64,000 bases of DNA, taken from the NCBI GenBank assembly GCA_965220965.1, contig OZ244852.1, positions 1,760,001-1,824,000 of the forward strand, written 5' to 3'. Made by a program: the position numbers and the translations under genes. The notes below the pieces were generated by a model, which was not told the DNA's origin, searched no databases, and worked only from the letters and a program-made list of their open reading frames with translations. The DNA comes from Candidatus Marinacidobacterium sp. (GTDB lineage: Bacteria > Acidobacteriota > Vicinamibacteria > Marinacidobacterales > Marinacidobacteraceae). Positions 46,172-56,009 of the stretch are shown piece after piece. The stretch's first letter is position 1, and every line of letters starts with the position of its first letter.

Positions 46172-48013
46172 TCACTCCAGCGAACCGTGGACGACCTCGC
46201 CCGAAACAAGCGTGGCGAGGACCCGCTCGCGCATCGTGAAGAGGAGGTCGGGGTCCTCCTCGAGCGCGTCGAGCGAGGGGAGGTCGAGCACCACGAGGTC
46301 GGCCAGCTTGCCGGGTTCGAGGCTGCCGCGCTCCTCGTCATCGTGGGTCAGCCAGGCGCCGTTCCAGGTGTAGGAGCGAAGCGCCTCCGCGACGGTCACG
46401 GTCTCCTCTTCGCCCCAGGAGACGCCGGACTTCTGGTCCTTGCGGGTGAGCAGCGCGAAGAAGCCCATCCACGGGTCGTGGGTGGTGACCCCGTAGTCGG
46501 AGCCCGAGGCCATGATGACGCCGCTGCGCATGTAGGTGCGGAAGGGCTGGAGGCGGGCCATCCGCTCGGGCCCCGAGTTCGCCGCAAAGGAGAAGCCCTG
46601 CTGCCAGTTGAACACCGGGTTGGTGGCGGCGACGATGCCGTAGCGGGCCATGTCCTCGAGGACCCGGGTCTTCGGCTCGATGGGGAAGTAGGCGTGGATC
46701 ACGCTCCAGCGGAGGTCGGGGATCTCGCCGGTCTCCTCCGTCATCTCGTCGAGCAGCTTCATGTAGAGGTCCACCGCCTGGCGCATCGCCTGGTCCCCGC
46801 AACTGTGGGTGTGGAGATCCCAGCCGTGGGCGCGGATCGCCCGGTACTGCGCCTCGCGCACTCCGTAGTCGCGCACGACCGGGTTCCCGAGGTTCTGCTC
46901 GCCCTCGAGTTCGTCCCAGAGGTGGAACGGCTCGGACATCCAGGCGCTCCTGGTCCCCACGCCGCCGTCCCCGTAGACCTTGACGCCCCGCCAGCGGAGG
47001 AACGGGTCGCCCAGGTTGTTCACCTTGATCCCGTCGAGATGCCCGGCGATGTCCTCCGGCGGGTGGGTGTTGAAGGTCCCCTCGTAGACCGCCGCGATCC
47101 GCAGGCGAAGGAGGCCGCGGTTCGCCGCCTCCTGGTAGACGCGCATGTGGTGGCCCATCCGGGAGGAGGGGTCCACGATCGCGGTCACGCCCAGCGAGAG
47201 CAGTTCGGCGATCCCGAGGCGGACGCTCTCCACCTCGTCCTCGAAGTCCTCCGGCGGCGGCCGCTCGGTGACGAGGCGGGAGCCGCGGGCCCCGAGGAAG
47301 ACCCCGGTGGGGATCTCGCGGGTCACCCGCTCGCCGTCGAGCAGGACCTCGCGCGGCGCGCGCTGGATCTGGTCCTCGAAGGTGAAGTCGTCCGGATCCT
47401 CGAGCCACCACCCGGGCCAGGTGGAGGCGTCGTCATCCTCGATCCCCATCCGGCGGAACACCTCGGTGTTCACCGCGACGCCGCGGTAGACCCGGTAGAG
47501 CGCGACCGGGTTGCCGGGCGCCACCTCGTCGAGCTGCCAGCGGGTGACCATCGCCGGGTACTTGAACTGGTCCCAGCGCCGGCCGACGATCCACTCGTTC
47601 CGGACGGTCTCCGGCTCCCGCTCGCGCTGCTCCAGCCGGGCCCGGACGGCTTCCACGATGTCCTCGGCGGTCTCGGCGTAGCTGAGCTCGACGCCCCGGG
47701 TGATGTCGTTGCCGAGCGGCAGGAAGTGGATGTGGGAGTCCTGGAGCCCGGGGATGATCGTCTTCCCGGCGAGGTCCACGGTCCTCGTGTTCGGTCCGGC
47801 GAGCGCCGCCATCTCCGCGCCCGAGCCCACGCCCACGATCCGGTCGTCCTTGATCGCCAGCGCTTCCGCCAGCGAGTCCCCGGCGTCCACCGTCCGGACC
47901 TCGGCGCCGGTCAGGATGAGGTCCGGCTCCGGATACCACTGGGCCGCCGCCAGCGGGGGGAGGCCGGCGAGCGCGAGAAGGACGAGACAGGCCGCAGCGA
48001 GAGTTCGGGACAT
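46172..48013 (-). CDS. Secreted YtcJ-like amidohydrolase (Amidohydro_3)
   Basis: Signal peptide; IPGLQDSHIH, K..GDG..G.R.A, H.CGD, IHA, GSDY, GSLEPGKLADLVVL. Confidence 0.9.
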   Translation of the reverse strand: MSRTLAAACLVLLALAGLPPLAAAQWYPEPDLILTGAEVRTVDAGDSLAEALAIKDDRIVGVGSGAEMAALAGPNTRTVDLAGKTIIPGLQDSHIHFLPLGNDITRGVELSYAETAEDIVEAVRARLEQREREPETVRNEWIVGRRWDQFKYPAMVTRWQLDEVAPGNPVALYRVYRGVAVNTEVFRRMGIEDDDASTWPGWWLEDPDDFTFEDQIQRAPREVLLDGERVTREIPTGVFLGARGSRLVTERPPPEDFEDEVESVRLGIAELLSLGVTAIVDPSSRMGHHMRVYQEAANRGLLRLRIAAVYEGTFNTHPPEDIAGHLDGIKVNNLGDPFLRWRGVKVYGDGGVGTRSAWMSEPFHLWDELEGEQNLGNPVVRDYGVREAQYRAIRAHGWDLHTHSCGDQAMRQAVDLYMKLLDEMTEETGEIPDLRWSVIHAYFPIEPKTRVLEDMARYGIVAATNPVFNWQQGFSFAANSGPERMARLQPFRTYMRSGVIMASGSDYGVTTHDPWMGFFALLTRKDQKSGVSWGEEETVTVAEALRSYTWNGAWLTHDDEERGSLEPGKLADLVVLDLPSLDALEEDPDLLFTMRERVLATLVSGEVVHGSLE

Positions 48014-48122
48014 GGCGGTTCCGATGGTACCGGCCCGGCGGGGTTGCCGGACGGGGCTGGCGCGTGGCTCACGCGGGGCCTCGCGATACCCTGCCCCTCC
48101 GTCAGGAAACGGAGGAGTCTCC

Positions 48123-49856
48123 ATGCGCCATCGAATCCACCTGCCGCTCGTTCCGCTCGCCGTCGCCCTGCTCGCCGGGTGCGGCGCCACCGGGCCGGAC
48201 ATCGGCGGCCCCGCCGACCTCGTGCTCCTCGGAGGGCGGGTCGTGACCGTCGACCCGGCCCACCCCGAAGCCGAGGCGGTCGCGGTGAAGGACGGGCTGG
48301 TCGCGGCGCTCGGGACGACCGCCGAGATCCGCCAGACCGTGGGGCCGGAGACCGAGGTCATCGAACTGGAGGGCCGTCTCGCCATCCCCGGGTTCATCGA
48401 AGGGCACGGCCATTTCCTCGGCGTCGGCAACGCCCAGATGATCCTGAAGCTGGGTGAATCGGAGAACTGGAACCGGATCGTCGACCAGGTCGCCGAAGCG
48501 GTGGCGGAGGCGGCGCCGGGAACCTGGATCGAGGGCCGCGGCTGGCACCAGGAGAAGTGGGACGAGGTTCCGGGGGGAGCGGTCGAGGGGCTGCCGCACC
48601 ACCTCGGGCTCTCCGAGATCTCCCCCGAGAACCCGGTCTTGCTGCGCCACGCCAGCGGGCACGCCGCGTTCGCGAACGCGCTGGCGATGGAGCTCGCCGG
48701 CATCGACCGGAGCACGCCGGATCCACCCGGCGGGACGATCGTGCGGGACGCCGACGGGCGGGCGACCGGGGCGCTCCGGGAGACCGCGCAGGGCCTGGTG
48801 GCGCGCGCCCGCGACCGGGCGATGGCGGAGCGGAGCCCCGAAGAGCAGCGGGCGGAGCTGGAGCTCATGGTGAAGCTCGCGGCGGAGGAGTCCCTCGCCA
48901 AGGGGGTGACCAGCTTCCAGGACGCCGGCTCCTCGTTCGCCTCGATCGACCTCTTCCGCGAGATGGCGGAGGAGGGGCGCCTCCCCATCCGGCTCTATGT
49001 CATGGTGCGGGGCGAGTCGCACGAGGACATGGACGCCCGCCTCGGCGACTACTTCCTCGACAACCACGCGGACGGCTTCCTGACCGTCCGGTCCATCAAG
49101 ACGGTGGTGGACGGCGCGCTCGGGGCCCACGGCGCGTGGCTGCTCGAGCCCTACGACGACATGCCGTCGAGCGAGGGGCTGGTGCTCCAGCCGGTCGAGG
49201 ACATCGAGGAGACGGCGCGCATCGGCGTGCGGCACGGGTTCCAGGTGAACACCCACGCGATCGGGGACCGCGGCAACCGGGAGGTGCTCGATCTCTACGA
49301 GCGGGTCTTCGAGGAGGCCGGCGTCTCGGGCCATGACCTCAGGTTCCGGATCGAGCACGCCCAGCACATCCACCCGGACGACATCCCCCGGTTCGGCCAG
49401 ATCGGGGTGATCGCCTCGATGCAGGCGGTCCACGCCACCTCGGACGGGCCGTGGGTTCCGGAGAAGCTGGGCGACTGGCGGGCGGAGACCGGCGCCTACG
49501 TCTGGCGCTCGCTCCTCGACAGCGGCGCGGTGGTGACGAACGGGACGGACGCCCCGGTCGAGGACGTGGACCCGATCGCGAGCTACCACGCGACGGTGAC
49601 GCGGGAACTGAACGATGGAACCCGGTTCTACCCGGAACAGGCGATGACCCGGGAGGAGGCGCTCCACTCCTACACGATGGCCAACGCGTTCGCGGCGTTC
49701 GAGGAGGGCGTGAAGGGCAGCCTGACCCCGGGCAAGTACGCCGACATCGTGGTCCTGACGAAGGACATCCTGAGCGTCCCGGAAGACGAGATCCTCCAGG
49801 CCCGCCCCGCGCTCACCATCGTGGCCGGGGAAGTCGTCCACCGGCTGGAGGAATAG
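48123..49856 (+). CDS. YtcJ-like amidohydrolase lipoprotein
   Basis: LAGC lipobox; [48 protein letters not shown]. Confidence 0.92.
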   Translation: MRHRIHLPLVPLAVALLAGCGATGPDIGGPADLVLLGGRVVTVDPAHPEAEAVAVKDGLVAALGTTAEIRQTVGPETEVIELEGRLAIPGFIEGHGHFLGVGNAQMILKLGESENWNRIVDQVAEAVAEAAPGTWIEGRGWHQEKWDEVPGGAVEGLPHHLGLSEISPENPVLLRHASGHAAFANALAMELAGIDRSTPDPPGGTIVRDADGRATGALRETAQGLVARARDRAMAERSPEEQRAELELMVKLAAEESLAKGVTSFQDAGSSFASIDLFREMAEEGRLPIRLYVMVRGESHEDMDARLGDYFLDNHADGFLTVRSIKTVVDGALGAHGAWLLEPYDDMPSSEGLVLQPVEDIEETARIGVRHGFQVNTHAIGDRGNREVLDLYERVFEEAGVSGHDLRFRIEHAQHIHPDDIPRFGQIGVIASMQAVHATSDGPWVPEKLGDWRAETGAYVWRSLLDSGAVVTNGTDAPVEDVDPIASYHATVTRELNDGTRFYPEQAMTREEALHSYTMANAFAAFEEGVKGSLTPGKYADIVVLTKDILSVPEDEILQARPALTIVAGEVVHRLEE

Positions 49857-49887
49857 ACCCCGGCGCCCCCGGCGGAAACGGGGCGCC
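49818..49887 (+). repeat. Left copy of direct repeat (3' end of amidohydrolase + hairpin)
   Basis: 49818-49857 matches 51990-52029 at 38/40; followed by ggcgcccc..ggggcgcc hairpin present in both copies. Confidence 0.9.
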
Positions 49888-49949
49888 CCGGAGTCGCCGG
49901 CAGGTCAGGCGCCCTTCCTGCTTTCCTGCTGGATTGTGGGGAGGTTCCG

Positions 49950-51218
49950 ATGAAGCAGCGCCCTGCGAGGCCTCCGGTTGCGGAAAGACGTCCCGACGTC
50001 TATTGTGGCGACCTCTTTGGCGACGAGCCGAACCGCGTGACGCAACTGAAGCACTCTCCGGGTCGCGTGCGCGACGCGATCGTCGCCTGCCTCGGCGCAG
50101 CGCTGGGCGAACTCAGCGTCTCGGACATCCGGCGGTTGGTCACGGCCCGGATCGGCGATGTTCCGGCGTCCTCGGTGCGCTCCTATCTGAGACTGCGTCC
50201 GGACATGTTCGAACGAACGCAGCATGGCCGTTACCGGCTCAGGTCGGATCCGGTGGCGGCCCCGGACCATGTCGGGGCGGCATCGGACCCGAAGCGGGAA
50301 CCGGTGTTCGTGCGGAACGGCGCGGCGCTCTACCGCGATGACTGCCTCGAGTGGCTGAAGCGCCGCGAGCCGGACAGCATCCACGCCGTCGTCACCGATC
50401 CGCCCTACGGTCTCGTGGAGTACTCGGCGGTCGAACAGCGCAAGATGCGGTCCGGCCGGGGAGGGGTCTGGCGGATTCCTCCGTCCTTCGACGGGCACGC
50501 GCGATCACCCGTCCCGCGCTTCACGACGCTGCGCGCGCGCGATCTCGCACAGATGCGGGAGTTCTTCGAACGCTTCGGACGGGCGTTATCCCCCGTTCTG
50601 GTTCCGGGCGCTCATGTCTTTGTCGCCTCGAATCCGCTCGTGTCCCACATCGTCGCATCGGGACTGGCGGCGGCGGGACTGGAGAGCCGGGGGATGATCG
50701 TCCGGCTTGTGATGACCATGCGGGGCGGTGACCGTCCCAAGAACGCCCATGAGGAGTTCTCCGATGTCACGGTCATGCCGCGCTCCATGGCCGAGCCCTG
50801 GCTGCTGTTCCGCCGCCCGCTGGAAGGACGGGTCCAGGACAACCTGCGCAAGTGGGGCGTAGGGGGCCTCCGACGGCCATCGGCGCGCCGGCCCTTCGGA
50901 GACGTGATCCCGTCGCACCCGACGCGGCCGCCGGAGCGGCGTCTGGCGCCCCATCCATCGCTGAAGCCACAGGCGTTTCTTCGCCAGGTGGTGCGCGCCG
51001 CGCTGCCCTTCGGGCGGGGCGTCGTCCTGGATCCCTTCGCCGGATCCGGGTCAACCCTCGCCGCCGCCAGTCATCTCGGGTACCGGAGCATCGGCGTCGA
51101 GCTCTCGCCCGAGTACGCCGGGATGGCCTCGACGTCACTGCCGAAGCTGGAGGCGATCAGGTGTCCAGATACACCCGGCTCTGGCGGAGCTTCCGAATGC
51201 CCTGTCTGTGGAGCGTAG
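49950..51218 (+). CDS. N4/N6 DNA methyltransferase (beta-class order) with N-terminal HTH-like region
   Basis: VVTDPPY (motif IV) precedes HPSLKP and VLDPFAGSGST (motif I); N-terminal LSVSDIRR..VPASSVRSYL. Confidence 0.92.
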   Translation: MKQRPARPPVAERRPDVYCGDLFGDEPNRVTQLKHSPGRVRDAIVACLGAALGELSVSDIRRLVTARIGDVPASSVRSYLRLRPDMFERTQHGRYRLRSDPVAAPDHVGAASDPKREPVFVRNGAALYRDDCLEWLKRREPDSIHAVVTDPPYGLVEYSAVEQRKMRSGRGGVWRIPPSFDGHARSPVPRFTTLRARDLAQMREFFERFGRALSPVLVPGAHVFVASNPLVSHIVASGLAAAGLESRGMIVRLVMTMRGGDRPKNAHEEFSDVTVMPRSMAEPWLLFRRPLEGRVQDNLRKWGVGGLRRPSARRPFGDVIPSHPTRPPERRLAPHPSLKPQAFLRQVVRAALPFGRGVVLDPFAGSGSTLAAASHLGYRSIGVELSPEYAGMASTSLPKLEAIRCPDTPGSGGASECPVCGA

Positions 51219-51762
51219 CCGTGCGCGTCCCGAGTTCACCACGCGGATTCCGCCGGAAGTCGTCCACGGTGACGCGGCCGAGATAGATCTCGGTGAATCG
51301 CATGGGCGCGCGGGCGGCCGCGGGCTCGGTGTCGTTGTCCACCGCGTAGACGAACACGCACATCCACTGTTCGCGCGCGCCGTGCGTGTCGACGGCGCCG
51401 CCGGGCTTCCGCGTGCTCTTGATCTCGACCCCCTCGTCTCCCGCCTTGACCGCGTCATCGGGGTAGCGACCCTGGACGATCAGATCCGGATGTCCGTTGT
51501 GGTGCCGATTTTCCACGAGCACGCGTGAGTGCCGCGCCATGCTCGCGGTAACCATGTCGGAAACGAGCCCCGACATCGCCGCGGGCCTCAGCATGTCATC
51601 GAGGCGCTTGAGGCCCTTCGCCGACAGGTGGGTGTTCACGTCGAAGAAGAAGTCGTAGATGTCCTGCATGACCAGCCCGAAGTCTTCCAGCCGGAGCATG
51701 TAGAGCAGCTCGGCGTCGGGATGGAATTTCGACGGATCGGGCGTCTGGCGGACGATGGGCAT
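51157..51762 (-). CDS. Putative type II restriction endonuclease, PD-(D/E)XK
   Basis: HPDLI...GVEIKST; convergent with MTase, 62-bp 3' overlap. Confidence 0.75.
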   Translation of the reverse strand: MPIVRQTPDPSKFHPDAELLYMLRLEDFGLVMQDIYDFFFDVNTHLSAKGLKRLDDMLRPAAMSGLVSDMVTASMARHSRVLVENRHHNGHPDLIVQGRYPDDAVKAGDEGVEIKSTRKPGGAVDTHGAREQWMCVFVYAVDNDTEPAAARAPMRFTEIYLGRVTVDDFRRNPRGELGTRTATLHRQGIRKLRQSRVYLDT

Positions 51763-51989
51763 CGGAGGAACGGAATCGCGCCACGGGGGCGCGCCCGCCG
51801 CTGGGCAGGAGCCGGGCTGCGGTCAGGCGGGGAACGACATGCCTGGCCTTGCGCCGGCTGTTCGCGGCGCCTGGCGCTGCGCCCCGGCAGGCCAGTCTAC
51901 CGGGGAAGCCAACCGCGCCGGGGGGCCCGGCGAAGCCGGTGAACCAACCGGAGACCGGGTCGGTTCAGGCCGGGCGATCCACGGAACGG

Positions 51990-52063
51990 ATCGTGGCCGG
52001 GGAGGTCGTCCACCGGCTGGACGAATAGATTCTGACGGCGCCCCACAGCGGGAGCGGGGCGCC
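51990..52063 (+). repeat. Right copy of direct repeat
   Basis: atcgtggccggggaggtcgtccaccggctggacgaataga (encodes [12 protein letters not shown]) plus the same hairpin. Confidence 0.9.
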
Positions 52064-52270
52064 GGGGCGCGCCGGAGGTGCGGCGCGGGCGCGCCGCATA
52101 GCAGCCTGCTGACAAAGTCACGCGGCCCGGTTCTCCTGTAGGGGCCCTCGCTCACGCGCCTTGTCGGACGGGCGCCTCACCGCCAGTTCTCCCGGTGGGG
52201 CCTCGGCGCTGCATGGGACTATTTCTACAGGCTGCCAATTTTCCGCCGGGCGGATAGCATCCCGCGGCCT

Positions 52271-53113
52271 ATGCGGCTCGCCACCTTGCGCACGCCGGGG
52301 CCGGAGACGGTTCTGGCGGAGATTTCCCCCGACGGAACCCGCTACCGGCTCCTCGGCAGCCCCGGAGACGCCCTCGCCGACCGGCTCGGACGGATCCCGC
52401 CGCCGGGCGACGCGTGGGACGGCGAGGTCGCCGGGCGTCGCTTCGCCCCGGTGATTCCGCGTCCCGGCGCCATCTGGTGCGTGGGGCTGAACTACGAGGA
52501 CCACCGGAAGGAGACCGGAAGGGCGAAGGCGGCCTGGCCGACGCTCTTCACCCGGTTCCCGGTGTGTCTCGTCGGCGCCGGGGAGCCGCTCGTCCGTCCC
52601 GCCGCCTCGCCTCAGCTCGACTTCGAGGGGGAGCTCGCGGTCATCATCGGGAAGCGGGGCCGGCACATCCCCGAAGAGCGGGCGCTGGAGCACGTCGCCG
52701 GCTACGCCTGCTTCAACGACGCCTCGGTGCGCGACTTCCAGTCGCACAGCAGTCAGTTCGGGCCGGGAAAGAACTTCCACCGGACCGGAGCGTTCGGGCC
52801 CTGGCTGGTGACCGCCGACGAGGTTCCCGACCCGCAGGCCCTCGAGATCCGGACGCGGGTCAACGGAGAGGTCATGCAGGAGAGCCACACCTCGCTCATG
52901 ACCTGGAGCATTCGGGAGCTGATCGCCTACCTGTCGCGGTTCACGCCGTTGCTGCCGGGGGACGTCATCTCCACCGGGACTCCCTCCGGAGTGGGCGTTG
53001 CGCGGGACCCGCAGGTGTTCCTGAAACCGGGAGACGTCGTGGAAGTCGAGGTCTCCTCGGTGGGACTCCTGCGGAACAGCGTCGTCGACGAAGAAGAAGC
53101 CGGGGCCGCATGA
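52271..53113 (+). CDS. Fumarylacetoacetate hydrolase family protein
   Basis: CVGLNY.DH..E, DFEGELAV, ND.SVRD.Q, GKNF..TG.FGP, L.PGDVISTGTPSGVG. Confidence 0.93.
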   Translation: MRLATLRTPGPETVLAEISPDGTRYRLLGSPGDALADRLGRIPPPGDAWDGEVAGRRFAPVIPRPGAIWCVGLNYEDHRKETGRAKAAWPTLFTRFPVCLVGAGEPLVRPAASPQLDFEGELAVIIGKRGRHIPEERALEHVAGYACFNDASVRDFQSHSSQFGPGKNFHRTGAFGPWLVTADEVPDPQALEIRTRVNGEVMQESHTSLMTWSIRELIAYLSRFTPLLPGDVISTGTPSGVGVARDPQVFLKPGDVVEVEVSSVGLLRNSVVDEEEAGAA

Positions 53114-54105
53114 CCGGACGCCGGCTTCGCGCGCACCTCGCGACCGATCCCGGATCGCCCTGGTACTACCGGCTCGACCGGGAGCGGTTCGAGGCGGAGG
53201 GACGCCGGTTCCCGGACGCGATGGCCCGGATCCTCCCGAGCTGGTCGGACAGCGACGAGGGCTTCGTCGAGGGAGTGCGGGATGCGGAGGTCCTCATCGG
53301 GTGGAAGTTCCCGAAGAACGACCTGGCGTCCCGGGCGCCGAAGCTGCGCTGGATCCAGCTCATCGGCGCAGGCGTGGACCACCTCTACCCGCTCGACTGG
53401 CTGCCGCCCGGGGTGAAACTGGCGAACGCCAGCGGCGTCCACACCGGCAAGTCTTTCGAGTACGTGCTCATGGCGCTCATCGCGCTGAATGGCCGCCTTC
53501 CGGAGCTCATCGCCCACCAGCGCCGGCGGGCGTGGAAGAAGATCCAGACCGGAACGCTTCCCGGCCGGACCGCGCTCGTCGTCGGTCTCGGCGCGGTCGG
53601 AACCGGGGCGGCGCGGGCGGCGAAGACGCTCGGGATGCATGTGCTGGGGGTGCGTCGAAGCCGGCGGCGCCACCGGTTCGTGGACGAACTATTCCGGCCG
53701 GACGAACTCCACCGGGCGCTTCCGCGAGCCGATCACGTGGTGCTCGCCGCGCCGCTCACCGGGGAGACGCGCGAGGTGCTCGGCGAGGCCGAGATCGCCC
53801 TCCTTCCCGAGGGGGCCGGGGTGATCAACCTGGGACGGGGGGGACTGATCCACCAGGGCGCGCTAGAGGCGGCGCTCGCGAGCGGCCGGGTCGGGGGAGC
53901 GTTCCTCGACGTGGCGTCGCCGGAGCCGCTCCCGCCGACCAGCACGCTCTGGGACGCCCCGAACCTGATCCTGACGCCGCATGTGGGCGCCGACGACATC
54001 CGGAACTACGTACCCCTCGTCCTGCGGATCGCGCTGGAGAACATCTCGCGGGACCTCGCCGGGCGCCCGCTGCGCAACGTGGTGAAGCCGGAACTGGGTT
54101 ACTGA
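53110..54105 (+). CDS. D-2-hydroxyacid dehydrogenase
   Basis: WIQ..GAGVD, VVGLGAVG, PLT.ET, NLGRG, LDV..PEPLP, TPH; ATGA-coupled. Confidence 0.9.
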   Translation: MTGRRLRAHLATDPGSPWYYRLDRERFEAEGRRFPDAMARILPSWSDSDEGFVEGVRDAEVLIGWKFPKNDLASRAPKLRWIQLIGAGVDHLYPLDWLPPGVKLANASGVHTGKSFEYVLMALIALNGRLPELIAHQRRRAWKKIQTGTLPGRTALVVGLGAVGTGAARAAKTLGMHVLGVRRSRRRHRFVDELFRPDELHRALPRADHVVLAAPLTGETREVLGEAEIALLPEGAGVINLGRGGLIHQGALEAALASGRVGGAFLDVASPEPLPPTSTLWDAPNLILTPHVGADDIRNYVPLVLRIALENISRDLAGRPLRNVVKPELGY

Positions 54106-54152
54106 CCAGCCGCCCGTTGGCGCGGGCGCCCCGTCCCGGAGACAATCGGGGC

Positions 54153-55928
54153 ATGAAGAACGACGAACGACGCGGCGCGCTCCCGATGGACATCCCGCCG
54201 CCCGGGCCCGACCGGCTCGGGTGGAACCGAAGGCGGTTCCTGACCGGGCTCTCGGGGGTGGGGCTCGGGGGCACGCTGCTCCCGGGAGTGCTCACCGCCT
54301 GCGCCGGCGACGCCGGCGAAATCACCGTCTCCATGCTGCGCGAGGCGCAGGAGCTCGCCGGGCTCGATCTGGGCGACGAGGAGCTCGGCAAGGTCGCCGA
54401 GCGGCTCAACGGGGAGGGGAGCCTCCGGGAGGCGTTCGAGGGGCTCCGCGAGCCCGAACTCCATAACCACACCCCTCCGTCGTTCGTCTTCCATCCCCTG
54501 CCCCCCGGGAAGGCGATGCCCGAGCTCACCGGCGGGATGGCGCCCTCCCGTCCCGAGGTGGAGCGGCCCTCGTCGGAGACCGACCTGGCCTTCCTGCCGG
54601 TGACGCATCTGGCCCGGCTCGTCGAGACCCGCCAGGTGTCGTCGATGGAGCTCACCGAGCTCTACCTGGCGCGGCTCGAGCGCTTCGACCCCGAGCTCCA
54701 CTGCGTCGTCAACCTGACGCCGGACATCGCCCGCCGGCAGGCCGAGCAGGCGGACGCCGAGATCGCGGCGGGCAACTACCGGGGTCCGCTCCACGGGATC
54801 CCGTGGGGCGCCAAGGACCTGCTCGCCGTCCGCGGGACGAAGACGACGTGGGGCGCCTCGCCGTACCGGGAGCAGGAGATCGACGAGGACTCCACCGTCT
54901 ACCGGAAGCTCACCGAGGCGGGGGCGGTGCTGGTGGCCAAGCTGACGATGGGCGCGCTGGCGTCCGGCGACCGCTGGTTCGGGGGCCGCACGAGGAACCC
55001 CTGGAACACCGAGCAGGGGTCGAGCGGGTCCTCCGCCGGGCCGGGGTCGGCCACCGCCGCCGGGCTCGTCGGGTTCTCCATCGGAACCGAGACCCGCGGC
55101 TCGATCATCTCGCCCTCGACCCGGAACGGGATCAGCGGGCACCGGCCCACCTTCGGCCGGGTGAGCCGGGCGGGCGCGATGGCGCTTTCGTGGACGATGG
55201 ACAAGATCGGCCCGATGTGCCGCAGCGCCGAGGACTGCGCGCTGGTCTTCGAGGCGATCCGGGGCGCCGATGGTCTGGACCGGGCGGTCCAGGACCCGCC
55301 GTTCCTCTGGGACGCGGCGGCCGATCCGGCGGCGCTCCGCGTCGGCTACCACCGGGCCTTCGTCGAGGACGAGATCGAGGACGACCCGGAGGACGCCGAG
55401 GGGACCGCGCAGCGCCGGGCGAACCAGGCGAACACCCGCGCCGCCATCGAGGCGCTCGAGGCCGCCGGGATCACCATCCGGCCCTTCGAGCTGCCCGACT
55501 TCGGGATCGGGTCGCTCGGGTTCGTGCTGACCACCGAGTCAGCCGCGGCGTTCGACGCGCTCACCCGGAGCGGCGACGACCGGATGATGCGGGAGCCGCC
55601 GGAGGAGAGCCGCTGGCCCGACACCTTCCGGGTCCAGCGGTTCGCGCCGGCGGTGGAGTACATCCAGGCGATGCGGCAGCGGACCCGGATCATGACCGAG
55701 TTCGATGCGGCGCTCGGGGACCTGGACCTCTTCATCGGATCCAGCCTCGGCCTCACGAACCTGACCGGGCACCCCGAGGTCGCGGTCCCGAACGGCTACC
55801 ACGAGGGATCGCCGACCAGCCTGCGGTTCACCGGGAAGCTCTACGGCGACACCGAGGTGCTGACCATGGCGCACGCCTACCAGCAGGTCACCGACTTCCA
55901 CCTGCGGCGACCGCCGGTCGGCGGGTAG
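54153..55928 (+). CDS. Amidase-signature enzyme with Tat (possibly Tat-lipoprotein) signal
   Basis: NRRRFL..LTAC; PLHGIPWGAKD, GSSGSSAG, IGTETRGSI.SP, SWTMDKIGP, TNLTGHP. Confidence 0.92.
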   Translation: MKNDERRGALPMDIPPPGPDRLGWNRRRFLTGLSGVGLGGTLLPGVLTACAGDAGEITVSMLREAQELAGLDLGDEELGKVAERLNGEGSLREAFEGLREPELHNHTPPSFVFHPLPPGKAMPELTGGMAPSRPEVERPSSETDLAFLPVTHLARLVETRQVSSMELTELYLARLERFDPELHCVVNLTPDIARRQAEQADAEIAAGNYRGPLHGIPWGAKDLLAVRGTKTTWGASPYREQEIDEDSTVYRKLTEAGAVLVAKLTMGALASGDRWFGGRTRNPWNTEQGSSGSSAGPGSATAAGLVGFSIGTETRGSIISPSTRNGISGHRPTFGRVSRAGAMALSWTMDKIGPMCRSAEDCALVFEAIRGADGLDRAVQDPPFLWDAAADPAALRVGYHRAFVEDEIEDDPEDAEGTAQRRANQANTRAAIEALEAAGITIRPFELPDFGIGSLGFVLTTESAAAFDALTRSGDDRMMREPPEESRWPDTFRVQRFAPAVEYIQAMRQRTRIMTEFDAALGDLDLFIGSSLGLTNLTGHPEVAVPNGYHEGSPTSLRFTGKLYGDTEVLTMAHAYQQVTDFHLRRPPVGG

Positions 55929-55963
55929 AACCCGGTCGGGCGCATCGGCGGCGCCAGGAACCC

Positions 55964-55986
55964 CGGGGGGCGAGCTTCGCCCCCCG
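55964..55986. terminator. Hairpin between convergent genes
   Basis: cggggggcga-gct-tcgccccccg. Confidence 0.55.
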
Positions 55987-56009
55987 TCCCGGCGGTCAGC
56001 CGCCCCGGG

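Larger units (their letters stand above)
49888..52063. mobile_element. Inserted restriction-modification cassette bounded by long direct repeats
   Basis: MTase + REase between repeats; visibly more A/T-ending codons than neighbours; no integrase or transposase. Confidence 0.75.

Noticed and set aside
51763-51989. Controller (C) protein or integrase remnant beside the REase
   Set aside because: No ORF with HTH or recombinase motifs recognisable
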